This document shows, piece by piece, positions 7,591-17,873 of a stretch of 64,000 nt of DNA. The stretch comes from an uncultured Thermoanaerobaculia bacterium (GTDB lineage: Bacteria > Acidobacteriota > Thermoanaerobaculia > Multivoradales > JAGPDF01): NCBI GenBank assembly GCA_964471955.1, contig CAYYIK010000007.1, positions 2,729 through 66,728 on the forward strand. The letters are read 5' to 3'. How positions within the stretch are numbered: position 1 is the first letter of the stretch; the number at the start of each line of letters is the position of its first letter. The position numbers and the translations under genes were made by a program. Below the pieces are notes generated by a model. That model made no database searches, was not told the origin of the DNA, and saw only the letters and a list, made by a program, of their open reading frames with translations.

Positions 7591-9219
7591 TCAATTCGCC
7601 GCCACCTCCGACCAGCGCAGCAGGTCGCCACGCTCGAAGCCGTCGCGGAAGAGACCCAGCGCGTAGAAGACGTTCACGGCGCCGGCGTTCTCGACCGCTC
7701 CGGCGTCCTCGTCCGGCGCGCCGACGGCGAGATCTTCGAACCCGTTGCCGTCGAAGTCGCCGGCGGCGAGGGCGGTGCCGAGCCGGTCCCCCGCCTCGGG
7801 AGTGCCGGGAGCCGTGCCGGCCTGGTTGAGCTCTACGTGGAACAGCGGCGCGCCCGCGGCCCGGCCGGTGAACGCGAAGGCGGAACCGGCGGCGTTCTGC
7901 CCGGCGACGTCGACGCCGTATCCGCCGACGACGAGGTCCGCCGTGGGGCCGGCATCGAATCTCCCGGCCGCCACCGCGGATCCGAAGTGATCGAAGCCGG
8001 CCGGCGAGCTTCCGGTGTCGGTTCGCTGGATCTTCCAGGCGAAGGTCGGCTCGAGGCCGCCGCCGGCGCCGCGCAGGACGTGGACCGATCCGGCGCTCGG
8101 CACGATGGCGGGCGCCTCGATGTCCTCGTAGAGCGAGCCCACCGCGAGGTCGTCCCGGCCGTCGCCGTTGAAATCCGCCGCCACCAGAGAGAAGCCGAAC
8201 CAGTCCTCGGCCTCCACCTCGGCCGGCACCGCCTGGCTCTGGGTGACGAAGCGCGCGCGGCTCGCACTCAGGCCGAGGCCGGTTCCGAAGATCACGGACA
8301 CGGCGCCGGCGTCCTCGAGGACGCCGATGTCCTCGCGCGGCGAAGCCACCGCCAGGTCGTCGTGCCCGTCGCCATCGAAGTCGCCCGCCGCGAGCCGCCA
8401 ACCGAAGCCGTCACCGGCCTCCTCGATCGACAGGTTGAGGTCCGCCTGGACCCAGATCTGGTCCGCCACCGGCGCGAAGTCGGGCGACAGGCCCGACGGC
8501 GACCCGTAGAGGACGTTGACGGCCCCCGAGTCGGCGACCGCACCGACGTCCTCGCCCGGTACGCCGATGGCAAGGTCGACGAAAGCGTCGCCGTTGAAGT
8601 TGCCCGCCGCCAGGGAGCGGCCGAATCCGTCCTCCGACTCGGCGACTCCCGCGACGCCCCCGGCGCCCTGGTGCCAGAGCTGGCTGCCGGCGGCGGTGAT
8701 CCCGGAGAGACCGCCGTGGAGCACCAGCACGGCGCCCCCGCTGTACGCCGTGCCGCCGGAACCGGGGACGTTGCGCCCGGGGATCCCCACCGCGAGGTCG
8801 TCGAAGCCGTCGTCGTCGAAGTCTCCGGCCACCAGCGCCGTGCCGGCCAGGTCCTCCCACTCGCTCGGACCGTGGGCGGTCCAGTCGATCGCCCACGTCT
8901 CCGACCCGCTCGGGTCGAGACCCGAGGCCAGCCCGTAGACGACCGTGACCTGCCCCCCCATCGAAGCCCCGGCCAGGACGGTCTCGCCCGGGGCCGCGAT
9001 CGCCAGGTCGTCGAAGCCGTCGCCGTTGAAGTCTCCGACCGCGAGCTCCCGCCCGAACAGATCGCCGGCCTCCGCGCCGTCCGGAACGCCACCCGCCCCC
9101 TGTTCCAGAATCTGTGCCCCGGCCAGCCCGAGCTGCGCGTGAATCGACGTGGAAAAGGCGAGCGCGCCCGCCAGCGAGAGGACGGCCGCCGGCCGCCCGA
9201 TCGATCGATCGAAACCCAT
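7591..9219 (-). CDS. secreted FG-GAP repeat protein carrying the shared C-terminal tail motif
   Basis: Signal peptide MGFDRSIGRPAAVLSLAGALAFSTSIHAQ; repeated FG-GAP units (GDFNGDGFDDLA, GDFDDDGFDDLAVG, GNFNGDAFVDLAIG, GDFDGDGHDDLAV); ends ...LFRDGFERGDLLRWSEVAAN. Confidence 0.75.
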   Translation of the reverse strand: MGFDRSIGRPAAVLSLAGALAFSTSIHAQLGLAGAQILEQGAGGVPDGAEAGDLFGRELAVGDFNGDGFDDLAIAAPGETVLAGASMGGQVTVVYGLASGLDPSGSETWAIDWTAHGPSEWEDLAGTALVAGDFDDDGFDDLAVGIPGRNVPGSGGTAYSGGAVLVLHGGLSGITAAGSQLWHQGAGGVAGVAESEDGFGRSLAAGNFNGDAFVDLAIGVPGEDVGAVADSGAVNVLYGSPSGLSPDFAPVADQIWVQADLNLSIEEAGDGFGWRLAAGDFDGDGHDDLAVASPREDIGVLEDAGAVSVIFGTGLGLSASRARFVTQSQAVPAEVEAEDWFGFSLVAADFNGDGRDDLAVGSLYEDIEAPAIVPSAGSVHVLRGAGGGLEPTFAWKIQRTDTGSSPAGFDHFGSAVAAGRFDAGPTADLVVGGYGVDVAGQNAAGSAFAFTGRAAGAPLFHVELNQAGTAPGTPEAGDRLGTALAAGDFDGNGFEDLAVGAPDEDAGAVENAGAVNVFYALGLFRDGFERGDLLRWSEVAAN

Positions 9220-9332
9220 GAGTTCCCCCTTTCGCCGCGACGGGTCGTGCCCGTCCCTCGCTTGCATCGCGAAAAGGGGAGAGACTGCGACAGTGCCATT
9301 CGGGGCGGCCTCCACGGCGCCGGACAGAGCGC

Positions 9333-9361
9333 GGGGCGACCCCGCGCCGCGGAGTCGCCCC
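9333..9361 (-). terminator. GC-rich stem-loop (GGGGCGAC / GTCGCCCC, 13-nt loop) downstream of the M16 peptidase gene
   Basis: perfect 8-bp inverted repeat seen in sequence; no U-tract, so function as a terminator is uncertain. Confidence 0.2.
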
Positions 9362-9399
9362 GGGTGAGGCCGTCGACCGGCCGGCAGCCGCCGGCGAAC

Positions 9400-12159
9400 T
9401 CACTCGACGACGTTGCCCTCGTCGTCGAGCACGACGACCTCGCCGAGCTCACGCAGGCCGGCCTCGATCTTCGCCCGGTCGCCGACGACCAGGATCGCCG
9501 CGGCCTCCGGCTTCGCCCAGCGGTCAGCGGCGGCGCGCACCTGGTCGAGGGTGAGGGTCGCCAGCGCGTCGGCGGCCTCCTGCAGCTCACTCATCGGCAG
9601 CCCCTTGACCCACAGGTCGCCCACCTGCTGGGCGACGCGGCCGTACGCCTCGAACTGCTGCGCGTAGCCGCGCTGCTTGCGCTGACGCGCGCCCTCGAAC
9701 TCCTCGGGGCTGATCGGCCTCTCCCCGGCGAGACCGTCGAGCTCGCTGCGGAATTCGACGACCGACTCCTTCGTCTTGTCGGTCTGCACGCCGCCGCCGG
9801 CGTTCCAGAAGCCGCCGTGGCGGTACTGGCCGAGCTGCGAGAAGACGCCGTAGGAGTACCCCTTGTCTTCGCGCAGGTTGAGGTTGAGGCGGGTGCCGAA
9901 GCCGCCGCCGCCCCACACCGCGTCGGCGAGGTCGAGCGCATGGCGATCCTGCGTGCCGACCGGAGGCGCCGGCAGGAACTCGGCGACCACGGACTGCGCC
10001 GAGTCCTGGCGATCGACCAGGTAGATACGGCCGGCCGCCGCCGGCGCCGCCGGCGGGATGGCGATCTCGGGCGCGGCGCCGCCGCTCCAGCCGCCGAACT
10101 CGCGCTCCGCCAGGGCGAGCGCCTCGTCGAGCGAGACGTCGCCGACGAAGACGAGCGCCGAGCTTCCGGGACGCCAGCGCTCGGCGTGGAACGCGGCGAG
10201 GTCGTCGCGCGTGATGCCTTCGACGGTCGACGGAAGCCCCTGGGCCGGCCGGCCGTACGGGTGCCGGCGCCCGAAGGCGAGGATGCCGCGGACCCGGGCG
10301 GCGACGGCGTTGCCGTTTTTCGCCTGCTGGGCGAGCGCATCGAGGTGCCGCTGGCGCTCGCGGTCGAACTCGCTCTGCGGATAGACCGGGTTGCGGATCA
10401 CGTCGGCGACGATTCCGAGGGCCGCCGGCAGGTTGCGTTCGAGCACCTCGAAGGAGAGCGTGGAAGCCTCGCGCCCGGCGGCGCCGGTGAGCGACGTGCC
10501 GAGGTCGCCGAGCTCCTGCTCGATCTCGAGCGCCGTGCGGCTCGTCGTACCGAGGTCGATCATGGTCAGCGCCAGATGAGCGACCCCCTCCCTGCCGGCC
10601 GGGTCGGCGACGACGCCGGCGCGGGTGGTGAAGGTGACGGCGACCTTCGGCAGGTCGGCCCGCTCGACGACGAAGACCTCCAGTCCGTTGGCGAGGCGAC
10701 CCGCCGCGACGTCCGGCGCATCGAACGTCTTGTCCGCGCCGAGGTCGGGGATGATCGAGCGATCGATCGCCCCCGCCTCGGGCCGGCCCGACGTCTCGGG
10801 GTGGAAGCGCAGGGCGAGCCGGCGCGGCGTCGCGAGCCAGCGCGTCGCAGTCTCCCGGATGCTCTCGGGCGTCACCGCGGCGTAGCGCGAAAGATCCCAC
10901 TCGAAGCGGTCCGGATCACCGAGGAAGGTGTTGTACTGGTTGAGCAGGTCGGACTTGCCGCCGAAACCGCCGATCCGCTCGAGCCCCGAGACGAAGTTGA
11001 ACTCGTGCTTGACCCGGGCGCGCTCGAGTTCGGCGGCGGTCGGACCCTCCGCGGCGAGGCGGGCGATCTCGGCGACGATGCCCCCCTCGACCTCGGACAG
11101 CTCCACGCCGGGGCGCGCCGTGCCGATGACGACGAAGGCACCGGCAATCTCCTGCGAGATCTGGAAGGCGGAGACCGACGAGGCGAGCTGTCGGTCGTAA
11201 ACCAGGGCGCGCTGCAGGCGCGAGGAGAGCCCGTCGGCGAGGATTCCGGCGATCAGGTCGAGCTCGGCGTCGCCCGCCTCGTAGAACGGCGGGCTCGGCC
11301 AGGCCAGATAGACGCGCTCCTGCGGCACCCGGTCGGCGACCTCGATCACCTTCTCGCCGGGCAGCTCGGGGATCCAGCGCGCCGGCCGCGCCAGCGCCGG
11401 GCCGGGCGGAATCGGCCCGAAGTACTTCTCGACCAGGCGCTTCGCCTCGGCCGGGTCGAAGTCGCCGGCGATCACCAGCGAGAGGTTGTTGGGCGTGTAA
11501 TAGGTGCGGAAGAACTCCTTGACGTCGTCGAGCGTCGCCGCCGAAAGGTCGGCCATGCTGCCGATCACCGACCAGGAGTACGGGTGGCCGGCCGGGAAGA
11601 GATTCTCGGCGAGCAGCTCGAACCAGCGGCCGTAGGGCTGGTTCTCGAGCCCCTGCCGGCGCTCGTTCTTGACCACATCGCGCTGGTTGTCGAGCTTGGC
11701 GTCGTCGGTGACGTCGAGCAGGGTCGCCAGGCGGTCGGACTCGAGCCAGAGCAGGTTCTCGAGATTCGCCGAGGGGACGGTCGCGAAGTAGTTGGTGCGG
11801 TCAGTGTTCGTGGTGCCGTTGACGCCCCCCTCGAAGAGGTTGGCGCCGGCCCGCTCGACGTAGGCGAAGTACTCCTCCTTCGCGTTGGCCGAGCCCTGGA
11901 ACATCATGTGCTCGAAGAGATGGGCGAAACCGGTGCGGCCGGGCTTCTCGTTCTTCGAGCCGACGTGGAACCACTGGTTGACGTGGACCACCGGCAGCTT
12001 GCGGTCGACGTGCAGGATCACCTGCAGCCCGTTGGGCAGCGCGTACTTCTCGAACTCGATCTTCGGCACGTCGGGGGTCCCGGCAGCCGGGGCGGCCTGG
12101 ACGGCGGCCAGCGGCGCGAGACCGAGGCTCAGGGTGAGGGCGAATGCGGCGGTTCTCAA
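9400..12159 (-). CDS. secreted M16 family zinc peptidase (pitrilysin/insulinase-like, duplicated M16 halves)
   Basis: Signal peptide MRTAAFALTLSLGLAPLAAVQA; inverted zincin motif HLFEHMMFQGS (HxxEH); 919 aa consistent with two M16 domain pairs. Confidence 0.9.
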   Translation of the reverse strand: MRTAAFALTLSLGLAPLAAVQAAPAAGTPDVPKIEFEKYALPNGLQVILHVDRKLPVVHVNQWFHVGSKNEKPGRTGFAHLFEHMMFQGSANAKEEYFAYVERAGANLFEGGVNGTTNTDRTNYFATVPSANLENLLWLESDRLATLLDVTDDAKLDNQRDVVKNERRQGLENQPYGRWFELLAENLFPAGHPYSWSVIGSMADLSAATLDDVKEFFRTYYTPNNLSLVIAGDFDPAEAKRLVEKYFGPIPPGPALARPARWIPELPGEKVIEVADRVPQERVYLAWPSPPFYEAGDAELDLIAGILADGLSSRLQRALVYDRQLASSVSAFQISQEIAGAFVVIGTARPGVELSEVEGGIVAEIARLAAEGPTAAELERARVKHEFNFVSGLERIGGFGGKSDLLNQYNTFLGDPDRFEWDLSRYAAVTPESIRETATRWLATPRRLALRFHPETSGRPEAGAIDRSIIPDLGADKTFDAPDVAAGRLANGLEVFVVERADLPKVAVTFTTRAGVVADPAGREGVAHLALTMIDLGTTSRTALEIEQELGDLGTSLTGAAGREASTLSFEVLERNLPAALGIVADVIRNPVYPQSEFDRERQRHLDALAQQAKNGNAVAARVRGILAFGRRHPYGRPAQGLPSTVEGITRDDLAAFHAERWRPGSSALVFVGDVSLDEALALAEREFGGWSGGAAPEIAIPPAAPAAAGRIYLVDRQDSAQSVVAEFLPAPPVGTQDRHALDLADAVWGGGGFGTRLNLNLREDKGYSYGVFSQLGQYRHGGFWNAGGGVQTDKTKESVVEFRSELDGLAGERPISPEEFEGARQRKQRGYAQQFEAYGRVAQQVGDLWVKGLPMSELQEAADALATLTLDQVRAAADRWAKPEAAAILVVGDRAKIEAGLRELGEVVVLDDEGNVVE

Positions 12160-12286
12160 GGCGGAGTCCTCCCGGGAAGTGGTCCAGCAGAATACGCGGA
12201 AAGGTCGCCCCGGGTTGCGTCGGGAGGGATCTCTCCGAGCACGGGCGCTGCGGATTCCCGCCGCCCGCTGCTATCCTCGTCCGGCC

Positions 12287-14353
12287 TTGCGTCCCCTTCG
12301 CCCCGCTCTCGCCCTGGCGTTGCTGCTCTTCGCCGCGCCGGTCTTCGCCGCGCTCCCGGAGCACGCCGAGCGGGTGGTCGACTACGACATCGAGGTGCGG
12401 CTCGATGCCGAGAAGCACGCGCTGACCGGCACGCAGCGACTGACCTGGCGCAACCCGTCGGACGATGCCGTCCCCGACCTCTGGTTCCATCTCTACCTGA
12501 ACGCCTTCCGCAACAGCGAGAGCACCTTCTTCCGCGAGTCCGGCGGCCAGCTGCGCAGCGATCGGACGGTGCAGGACAACTGGGGGTGGATCGACGTCAC
12601 CGCCCTGCGCCTGGCCAGCGGCGCGGACCTGCTGCCGGCGCTGACTTTCGAGGCACCGGACGACGGCAACCCCGAAGACCGCACGGTGGCGCGCGTCGTG
12701 CTCCCCGAGCCGGTCGCCCCGCGCGGCGAGATCACGCTCGAGATCGAGTTCCACGCCGTGCTGCCGCGCGTCTATGCGCGCACCGGTCACGCCGGCGACT
12801 TCCACATGATCGGCCAGTGGTTCCCCAAACTCGGCGTCTACGAGCCGGCCGGCATGCGCGGGCGCCAGACCGGCGGCTGGAATTGCCATCAATTCCATGC
12901 CCACTCCGAGTTCTACGCCGATTACGGCCGTTTCCGGGTCGCCATGACCGCGCCGGCCGACTTCGTCCACGGCGCCACGGGCCGCCGAATCGAGGTGCGC
13001 GACAATCCGGACGGCACGCGGACCTGGGTGCACGAGCAGGAAGACGTGCACGACTTCGCCTGGACCGTCGATCCGCGCTACGTCGAGGTGGTCGATCGCT
13101 TTGTCGCCGCCTCGGACGTGTCGGCCGCCGACCTCGCCGCAGCCGCCGCGCTGCTCGACCGGCCGGCCGAGGAGCTGCACCTCTCCGACGTCGAGATCCG
13201 CCTGCTGCTGCAGCCCGAGCACCGGGCGCAGGCCGATCGGCACCTGAGGGCGGCGAAGCTCGCCCTGCGCTGGTACGGGCTCGCCTACGGCCGCTACCCC
13301 TACCCGACCCTGACCATCGTCGACCCGCCGGCGCACGCCGGCGGCGCCGCCGGCATGGAGTACCCGACGCTGATCACCGCCGGGACCTCGATCGCGGTCG
13401 GGCGCGGGCCGTTCGCCCGCGTCCGGCTTCCCGAGATCGTCACCGTGCACGAGTTCGGCCACCAGTACTGGTACGGCCTGGTGGGCAGCAACGAGTTCGA
13501 GGAGTCCTGGCTCGACGAAGGGTTCACCACCTATTCGACCGAGCGCGCGCTGGCGGCCGGCTATGGCGAGGCGACCGCCAACGCCGAGCTGCCCGGCGGC
13601 CTGCGCATCGGCGCCTTCGACATGGCGCGCATGCAGAACGGCCCGGACCAGCGCTTCGACCGCATCCGCACGCCGTCCTGGGGCTTCTCGCGCTCGGGCG
13701 CCTACGGTTTCAACTCGTACGGCCGGCCGGCACTCGTCCTGCGCACCCTCGACGGCCTGCTCGGCGAGGCGACGATGGCGCGGGCCCTGCGCACCTACCA
13801 CGAGCGCTGGCGCTTCCGGCACCCGCGCTCGGAGGACTTCTATGCCGTGGTCGAGGAGGTCTCCGGGCGCGATCTCGACGACTTCTTCGCCCAGGTCGTC
13901 GAAGGCCCCGGCGTCTTCGATCCCGCGGTCGACCGGCTGCGGCACGAGATGGTCCGCACGCCGCGCGGCCGGATCGAACGCGGCGGCGTCGTGACGACGG
14001 TCGACGAGGCGATGGCGCGGCTCGAGGACGAGGCGGCGGAGCTCGACGTCCGCTCGATCGTCGAGCTGCGTCACCTCGGCGAGGTGCGCCTGCCGGTCGA
14101 GGTCGAGCTGCGCTACGACGACGACACCACCGAGCGGCGCACCTGGCAGGGTGAGGCGCGCTGGGTGCGCTGGGAAATCGTCGATCCGCGGCGGGTCGTC
14201 GAGGTCGTCCTCGATCCCGACCGCAAGCTGGCGCTCGACGCCAGCCGGCTCAACAACGCGCGACGCGAGGAGCCGGACCGTCGCGCCGCCGCACTCTGGT
14301 CGCTCCGCCTGCTGGCGTGGACACAGCGCCTGATGGGGATGGTCGGCCTGTGA
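12287..14353 (+). CDS. secreted M1 family metallopeptidase (aminopeptidase N-like)
   Basis: HEFGHQYWYG...WLDEGF (HExxH-x18-E) and GAMEN-like GAAGMEYP; start placed at in-frame TTG 12287 giving signal peptide (M)RPLRPALALALLLFAAPVFAA; the exact start is uncertain. Confidence 0.8.
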   Translation: MRPLRPALALALLLFAAPVFAALPEHAERVVDYDIEVRLDAEKHALTGTQRLTWRNPSDDAVPDLWFHLYLNAFRNSESTFFRESGGQLRSDRTVQDNWGWIDVTALRLASGADLLPALTFEAPDDGNPEDRTVARVVLPEPVAPRGEITLEIEFHAVLPRVYARTGHAGDFHMIGQWFPKLGVYEPAGMRGRQTGGWNCHQFHAHSEFYADYGRFRVAMTAPADFVHGATGRRIEVRDNPDGTRTWVHEQEDVHDFAWTVDPRYVEVVDRFVAASDVSAADLAAAAALLDRPAEELHLSDVEIRLLLQPEHRAQADRHLRAAKLALRWYGLAYGRYPYPTLTIVDPPAHAGGAAGMEYPTLITAGTSIAVGRGPFARVRLPEIVTVHEFGHQYWYGLVGSNEFEESWLDEGFTTYSTERALAAGYGEATANAELPGGLRIGAFDMARMQNGPDQRFDRIRTPSWGFSRSGAYGFNSYGRPALVLRTLDGLLGEATMARALRTYHERWRFRHPRSEDFYAVVEEVSGRDLDDFFAQVVEGPGVFDPAVDRLRHEMVRTPRGRIERGGVVTTVDEAMARLEDEAAELDVRSIVELRHLGEVRLPVEVELRYDDDTTERRTWQGEARWVRWEIVDPRRVVEVVLDPDRKLALDASRLNNARREEPDRRAAALWSLRLLAWTQRLMGMVGL

Positions 14354-15237
14354 GGGCGCTCGCCCTGACCCGTCGCGGCCTGCGTCGGGCCGGCCGCGAG
14401 TGGCGCCTGGCGCTGCTGCTCTGGCTCACCCACTTCGTCGTGGCCGCGGTCGCTCTGGCGCCGGTGGCGGCGGCGCTCCTGGCGGCGCTCGGCGCAGCGC
14501 CCGAGGGGGACCTGCTGCTGGAGAGTCCGTCGCTCGCACTTCTCGTCGACCTGCTGCGCCAGGCTCCCGAGCTCGGCGCCCGCCTCGCACCGGCCCTTGT
14601 TGCCGCGACGGCGGTCGCCTGGGCCGGCGGCGCGCTGCTCGCCGGCGGGGTGCTCGAAGTACTGGTCACCGACGACCGGCGCCCGCTCCTCCACCGCTTC
14701 GGCCGCGGCGCCGGCAAGTTCGCCGGCCGCTTCCTGCGCCTCGGCCTCGTCGCCACGCTCGCCGCCCTCATCGCCGCGGCGCTGCTCGCCGGGCCGCTGT
14801 TCGCCCTGCGCGCCTCGCTCGAGTCGACCGGCCCGGAGGGGCTGCGCCTGGCCCTCGGCCCGGCCGGCCTGCTGGTCGCCCTCGCCGCGATGACGGCGGT
14901 GCAGATGGCGCTCGACCTGGCGCGTGTCCGGATCGCGCGCGACGACCGCCATGACACCCTGCGCGCGCTGCTCGGGAGCACCGCCACCCTGCTGCGCCAT
15001 CCGCTGCGGGTGTTCGACATCTGGGGCTGGAACGCGCTGGCGCGCGCCGCCGCCTTCCTGCTGGTCACCCTGGCCGCGCGCCCCTTCGGCGGCGGCTCGG
15101 TGCTCGCCCTCACCGCACTGCTGCTGGTGCAGCAGGCGGGCTTCTTCGTGCGCGCCGGCCTGCGCGTCGCCCTGTGGGAGAGCGAGGTCGCCCTGGCCGA
15201 GTCGCTCGACCGCGGCATCGCCCGGCCCCGCCCCTGA
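14350..15237 (+). CDS. polytopic membrane protein of unknown function, translationally coupled to the M1 peptidase
   Basis: GTG at 14350 overlaps the M1 stop (GTGA); several long hydrophobic segments (LALLLWLTHFVVAAVALAPVAAALLAALGAA etc.). Confidence 0.5.
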   Translation: MRALALTRRGLRRAGREWRLALLLWLTHFVVAAVALAPVAAALLAALGAAPEGDLLLESPSLALLVDLLRQAPELGARLAPALVAATAVAWAGGALLAGGVLEVLVTDDRRPLLHRFGRGAGKFAGRFLRLGLVATLAALIAAALLAGPLFALRASLESTGPEGLRLALGPAGLLVALAAMTAVQMALDLARVRIARDDRHDTLRALLGSTATLLRHPLRVFDIWGWNALARAAAFLLVTLAARPFGGGSVLALTALLLVQQAGFFVRAGLRVALWESEVALAESLDRGIARPRP

Positions 15238-15246
15238 GCAGCTCCC

Positions 15247-15996
15247 TCAGGGAAGCGAGCCCGACCAGTGCGTGGTATCTCCGGTCTCGAAACCGTCGGC
15301 GAAGATGTCCGCCGTGCAGTAGAGAATCCGCACGTCGTCGAGATACCAGCCCATCCGGTTGACCACCGTGGTGGCGTGCAGCCTGAATTCGATGTCGATC
15401 GCAGGCATGCCGGCGAACGCGGAGAGATCCACCAGCTGCAGCTGCCAGTCGGGCGTCGGCGTGGCGTCCGGCACGAAGTACTGGCTCACCCCTTCGACGA
15501 AGACGTCGGCGCGATCGAAGGTCATGAAGACCTCGTACCAGTGGGCCCATTCGAGCGCGATCGGCGCCTGCAACGTGCTGAAGTCGAAGCTCTGCGACAG
15601 CGAGCTGTCCTGGCCGCTGTTCTGGTAGCAGCCGTCGAGATTCGTCCCCATGACGGCCGCGCCGTTGTACACCCCGGAGGGCTCGGGGCGCGGCGTGGTG
15701 TCGCACAGCTCGTAGACGCCCGTCGTCACCCCGCCGCGCTCCCAGTCGCCGAATCCGCTCTCGACCCAGCCCCCTTCGTCGACTTCGAAATCGGCGGCGT
15801 GGAACTCCGCGACACCCGTGCCCGGCGGGCAGACCATCCCCACCCCGTTCGCCAGGGCCGCCGGGGCGGCGGGTGACCGCCGGGCGCGCTGGTCGGCGAT
15901 CATCTCCTCGATCGGTGAGTCGGCGGCCAGAGGGAGCGGCAGCAATGCCGCCAGACAGAGGGGTGCGATCCACTTCGCGTTGCGAAAAGTGACCAT
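15247..15996 (-). CDS. secreted hypothetical protein (jelly-roll/MAM-like) carrying the shared C-terminal tail motif
   Basis: Signal peptide MVTFRNAKWIAPLCLAALLPLPLAA; ends ...DIFADGFETGDTTHWSGSLP. Confidence 0.6.
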   Translation of the reverse strand: MVTFRNAKWIAPLCLAALLPLPLAADSPIEEMIADQRARRSPAAPAALANGVGMVCPPGTGVAEFHAADFEVDEGGWVESGFGDWERGGVTTGVYELCDTTPRPEPSGVYNGAAVMGTNLDGCYQNSGQDSSLSQSFDFSTLQAPIALEWAHWYEVFMTFDRADVFVEGVSQYFVPDATPTPDWQLQLVDLSAFAGMPAIDIEFRLHATTVVNRMGWYLDDVRILYCTADIFADGFETGDTTHWSGSLP

Positions 15997-16164
15997 GCGA
16001 CCTCCTTCCGGGGCCGGGCGCCACCGCCTTGCCTCGCGAGCCGATCGCGACCGGCGCTGTTCGGAACTGCGCCGAATCTAGGCCCTTCTCCTCGCCGCGT
16101 CAAACCGGGCGCGGATGCTACGATCGCGCCGTCCCGGCGGGCCTTCTCCCGCCGCGGAGGGACC

Positions 16165-17841
16165 ATGACCCGAGAGCGCGAAACGCTGGAGATGGACGTC
16201 CTCTTCGTCGGCGCCGGGCCGGCGAGCCTCGCCGGGGCCTGTCACCTGGCCCGGTTGCTCAAAGCCCACAACGCGCACGCCGCGACGCCGGTCGAACTGA
16301 CCCTCGCGGTGCTCGAGAAGGGCGCCGAGGTCGGTGCCCACGGCTTCTCCGGAGCGATCGTCGACCCGCGCGGGTTCCGCGAGCTGTTTCCCGAGAAGTT
16401 CGACCAGATCCCCTTCGAGGCCGAGGTGGGCGCCGAGCACCTCTGGTGGCTCACCGAGAGGCGCGCCCGCTCGCTGCCCGAGCCACCGCCGATGCAGAAC
16501 CACGGCAGCTACGTCGCGTCGCTCGGCCGGCTGGTCAAGTGGATGGCGAAGGAGGCCGAGGCGCTCGGCGTCGACGTCTTCTGCGAGTTTCCGGGCCGCG
16601 AGCTGCTGATGGAAGGCGACCGGGTCGCCGGCGTACGCACCGGGGATCGCGGCGTCGGCAAGGACGGGCGGCCGAAGCCGAACTACGAGCCCGGGGTCGA
16701 CATCCGGGCCGGCATCACCCTGCTCGGTGAGGGGCCGCGCGGCACGCTCGCCAAGCAGCTCGACGCCCGTCTCGACCTGTCGGCGGACGCCAATCCGCAG
16801 GTCTACGCCATCGGCATCAAGGAGGTCTGGGAGCTTCCCAGGGGGCGCTTCGAGGCCGGCGACATCTGGCACACCATGGGCTGGCCGCTGTGGCCCGACC
16901 TGTTCGGCGGCGGCTTCCTCTACGGCATGCAGGACGACCTGCTGATCACCGGCCTGGTCGTCGGGCTCGACGCCGAGAACCCGTGGACCGACCCGCACCT
17001 CGAGTTCCAGCGCTACAAGACCCACCCGGCGATCGCCTCCCTGCTCGAGAACGGGAAGATGGCGTACTACGGCGCCAAGGCCATCCCCGAGGGGGGGTAC
17101 TGGGCGATGCCGCGACTCGGCGGCGACGGCTTCTGCCTGATCGGCGATTCGGGCGGCTTCGTCGACGGCCAGCGGCTCAAGGGGATCCACCTGGCGATCA
17201 AGTCCGGCATGCTGGCCGCCGAGGCGATCTTCGCCGCCGCCGTCTCCGGCCGGCCGCTCGCCTCGGCGGGCACCGACTATCCGGCCCGCTTCGAAGCGAG
17301 CTGGGCGAAGCAGGAGTTGTGGAAGAGCCGCAATTTCCATCAGGGGTTCGAGCGCGGCGGTCTCGACGCGCTGATCAACGCCGGCCTCGGCGTGCTGACC
17401 GGCGGCCGCGGCTGGGGGGTCGTCGACCGCCTGCACTCGGTGGCCGGGCACGAGCGCCTGCTGCGCCTCGACAGCGAGCGCAGCGACCTGCGCCCCGCTC
17501 CGCCGGTGCCGGTCGACGGCGAGCTGACCTTCGACCGCCTGGCCGACGTCTACAACTCCGGAACCGCGCACGAGGAGGACCAGCCGGTGCATCTCCTGGT
17601 GGCCGACCTGTCGATCTGCGTCGACCGCTGCGTGCGCGAGTTCGCCAACCCCTGCACCCGCTTCTGCCCGGCCGCGGTCTACGAGATGGTCGACGATCCG
17701 ACGCAGCCGCGCGGCAAACGGCTGCAGATCAACGCCAGCAACTGCGTCCACTGCAAGACGTGCGACATCGCCGATCCGTACCAGATCATCACCTGGGTGC
17801 CGCCCGAGGGGGGCGGCGGGCCGAACTACGGTCGCATGTAG
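16165..17841 (+). CDS. electron-transfer flavoprotein:ubiquinone oxidoreductase (ETF-QO)
   Basis: FAD motif VLFVGAGPASLAGA; C-terminal 4Fe-4S ferredoxin-like CVHCKTCDIADPYQIITWVPPEGGGGPNY characteristic of ETF-QO. Confidence 0.9.
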   Translation: MTRERETLEMDVLFVGAGPASLAGACHLARLLKAHNAHAATPVELTLAVLEKGAEVGAHGFSGAIVDPRGFRELFPEKFDQIPFEAEVGAEHLWWLTERRARSLPEPPPMQNHGSYVASLGRLVKWMAKEAEALGVDVFCEFPGRELLMEGDRVAGVRTGDRGVGKDGRPKPNYEPGVDIRAGITLLGEGPRGTLAKQLDARLDLSADANPQVYAIGIKEVWELPRGRFEAGDIWHTMGWPLWPDLFGGGFLYGMQDDLLITGLVVGLDAENPWTDPHLEFQRYKTHPAIASLLENGKMAYYGAKAIPEGGYWAMPRLGGDGFCLIGDSGGFVDGQRLKGIHLAIKSGMLAAEAIFAAAVSGRPLASAGTDYPARFEASWAKQELWKSRNFHQGFERGGLDALINAGLGVLTGGRGWGVVDRLHSVAGHERLLRLDSERSDLRPAPPVPVDGELTFDRLADVYNSGTAHEEDQPVHLLVADLSICVDRCVREFANPCTRFCPAAVYEMVDDPTQPRGKRLQINASNCVHCKTCDIADPYQIITWVPPEGGGGPNYGRM

Positions 17842-17873
17842 CCCTCCGCGGCCGGCCAGAAGGGAACGACTTC

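Noticed and set aside
3876-7631. 1251-aa ORF antisense to coxL/coxM. Other very long frames behave the same way: 7837-14154(+), 18527-21547(+), 22266-24560(+), 50908-56592(+), 52718-56563(-), 56433-59507(+), 60245-63133(+), 31591-34455(+).
   Set aside because: They are typical spurious open frames of a ~70% GC genome. The translations are dominated by R/A/G/P. They carry no motifs. Each overlaps a well-supported gene with signal peptides, catalytic motifs or RBS on the other strand or frame.
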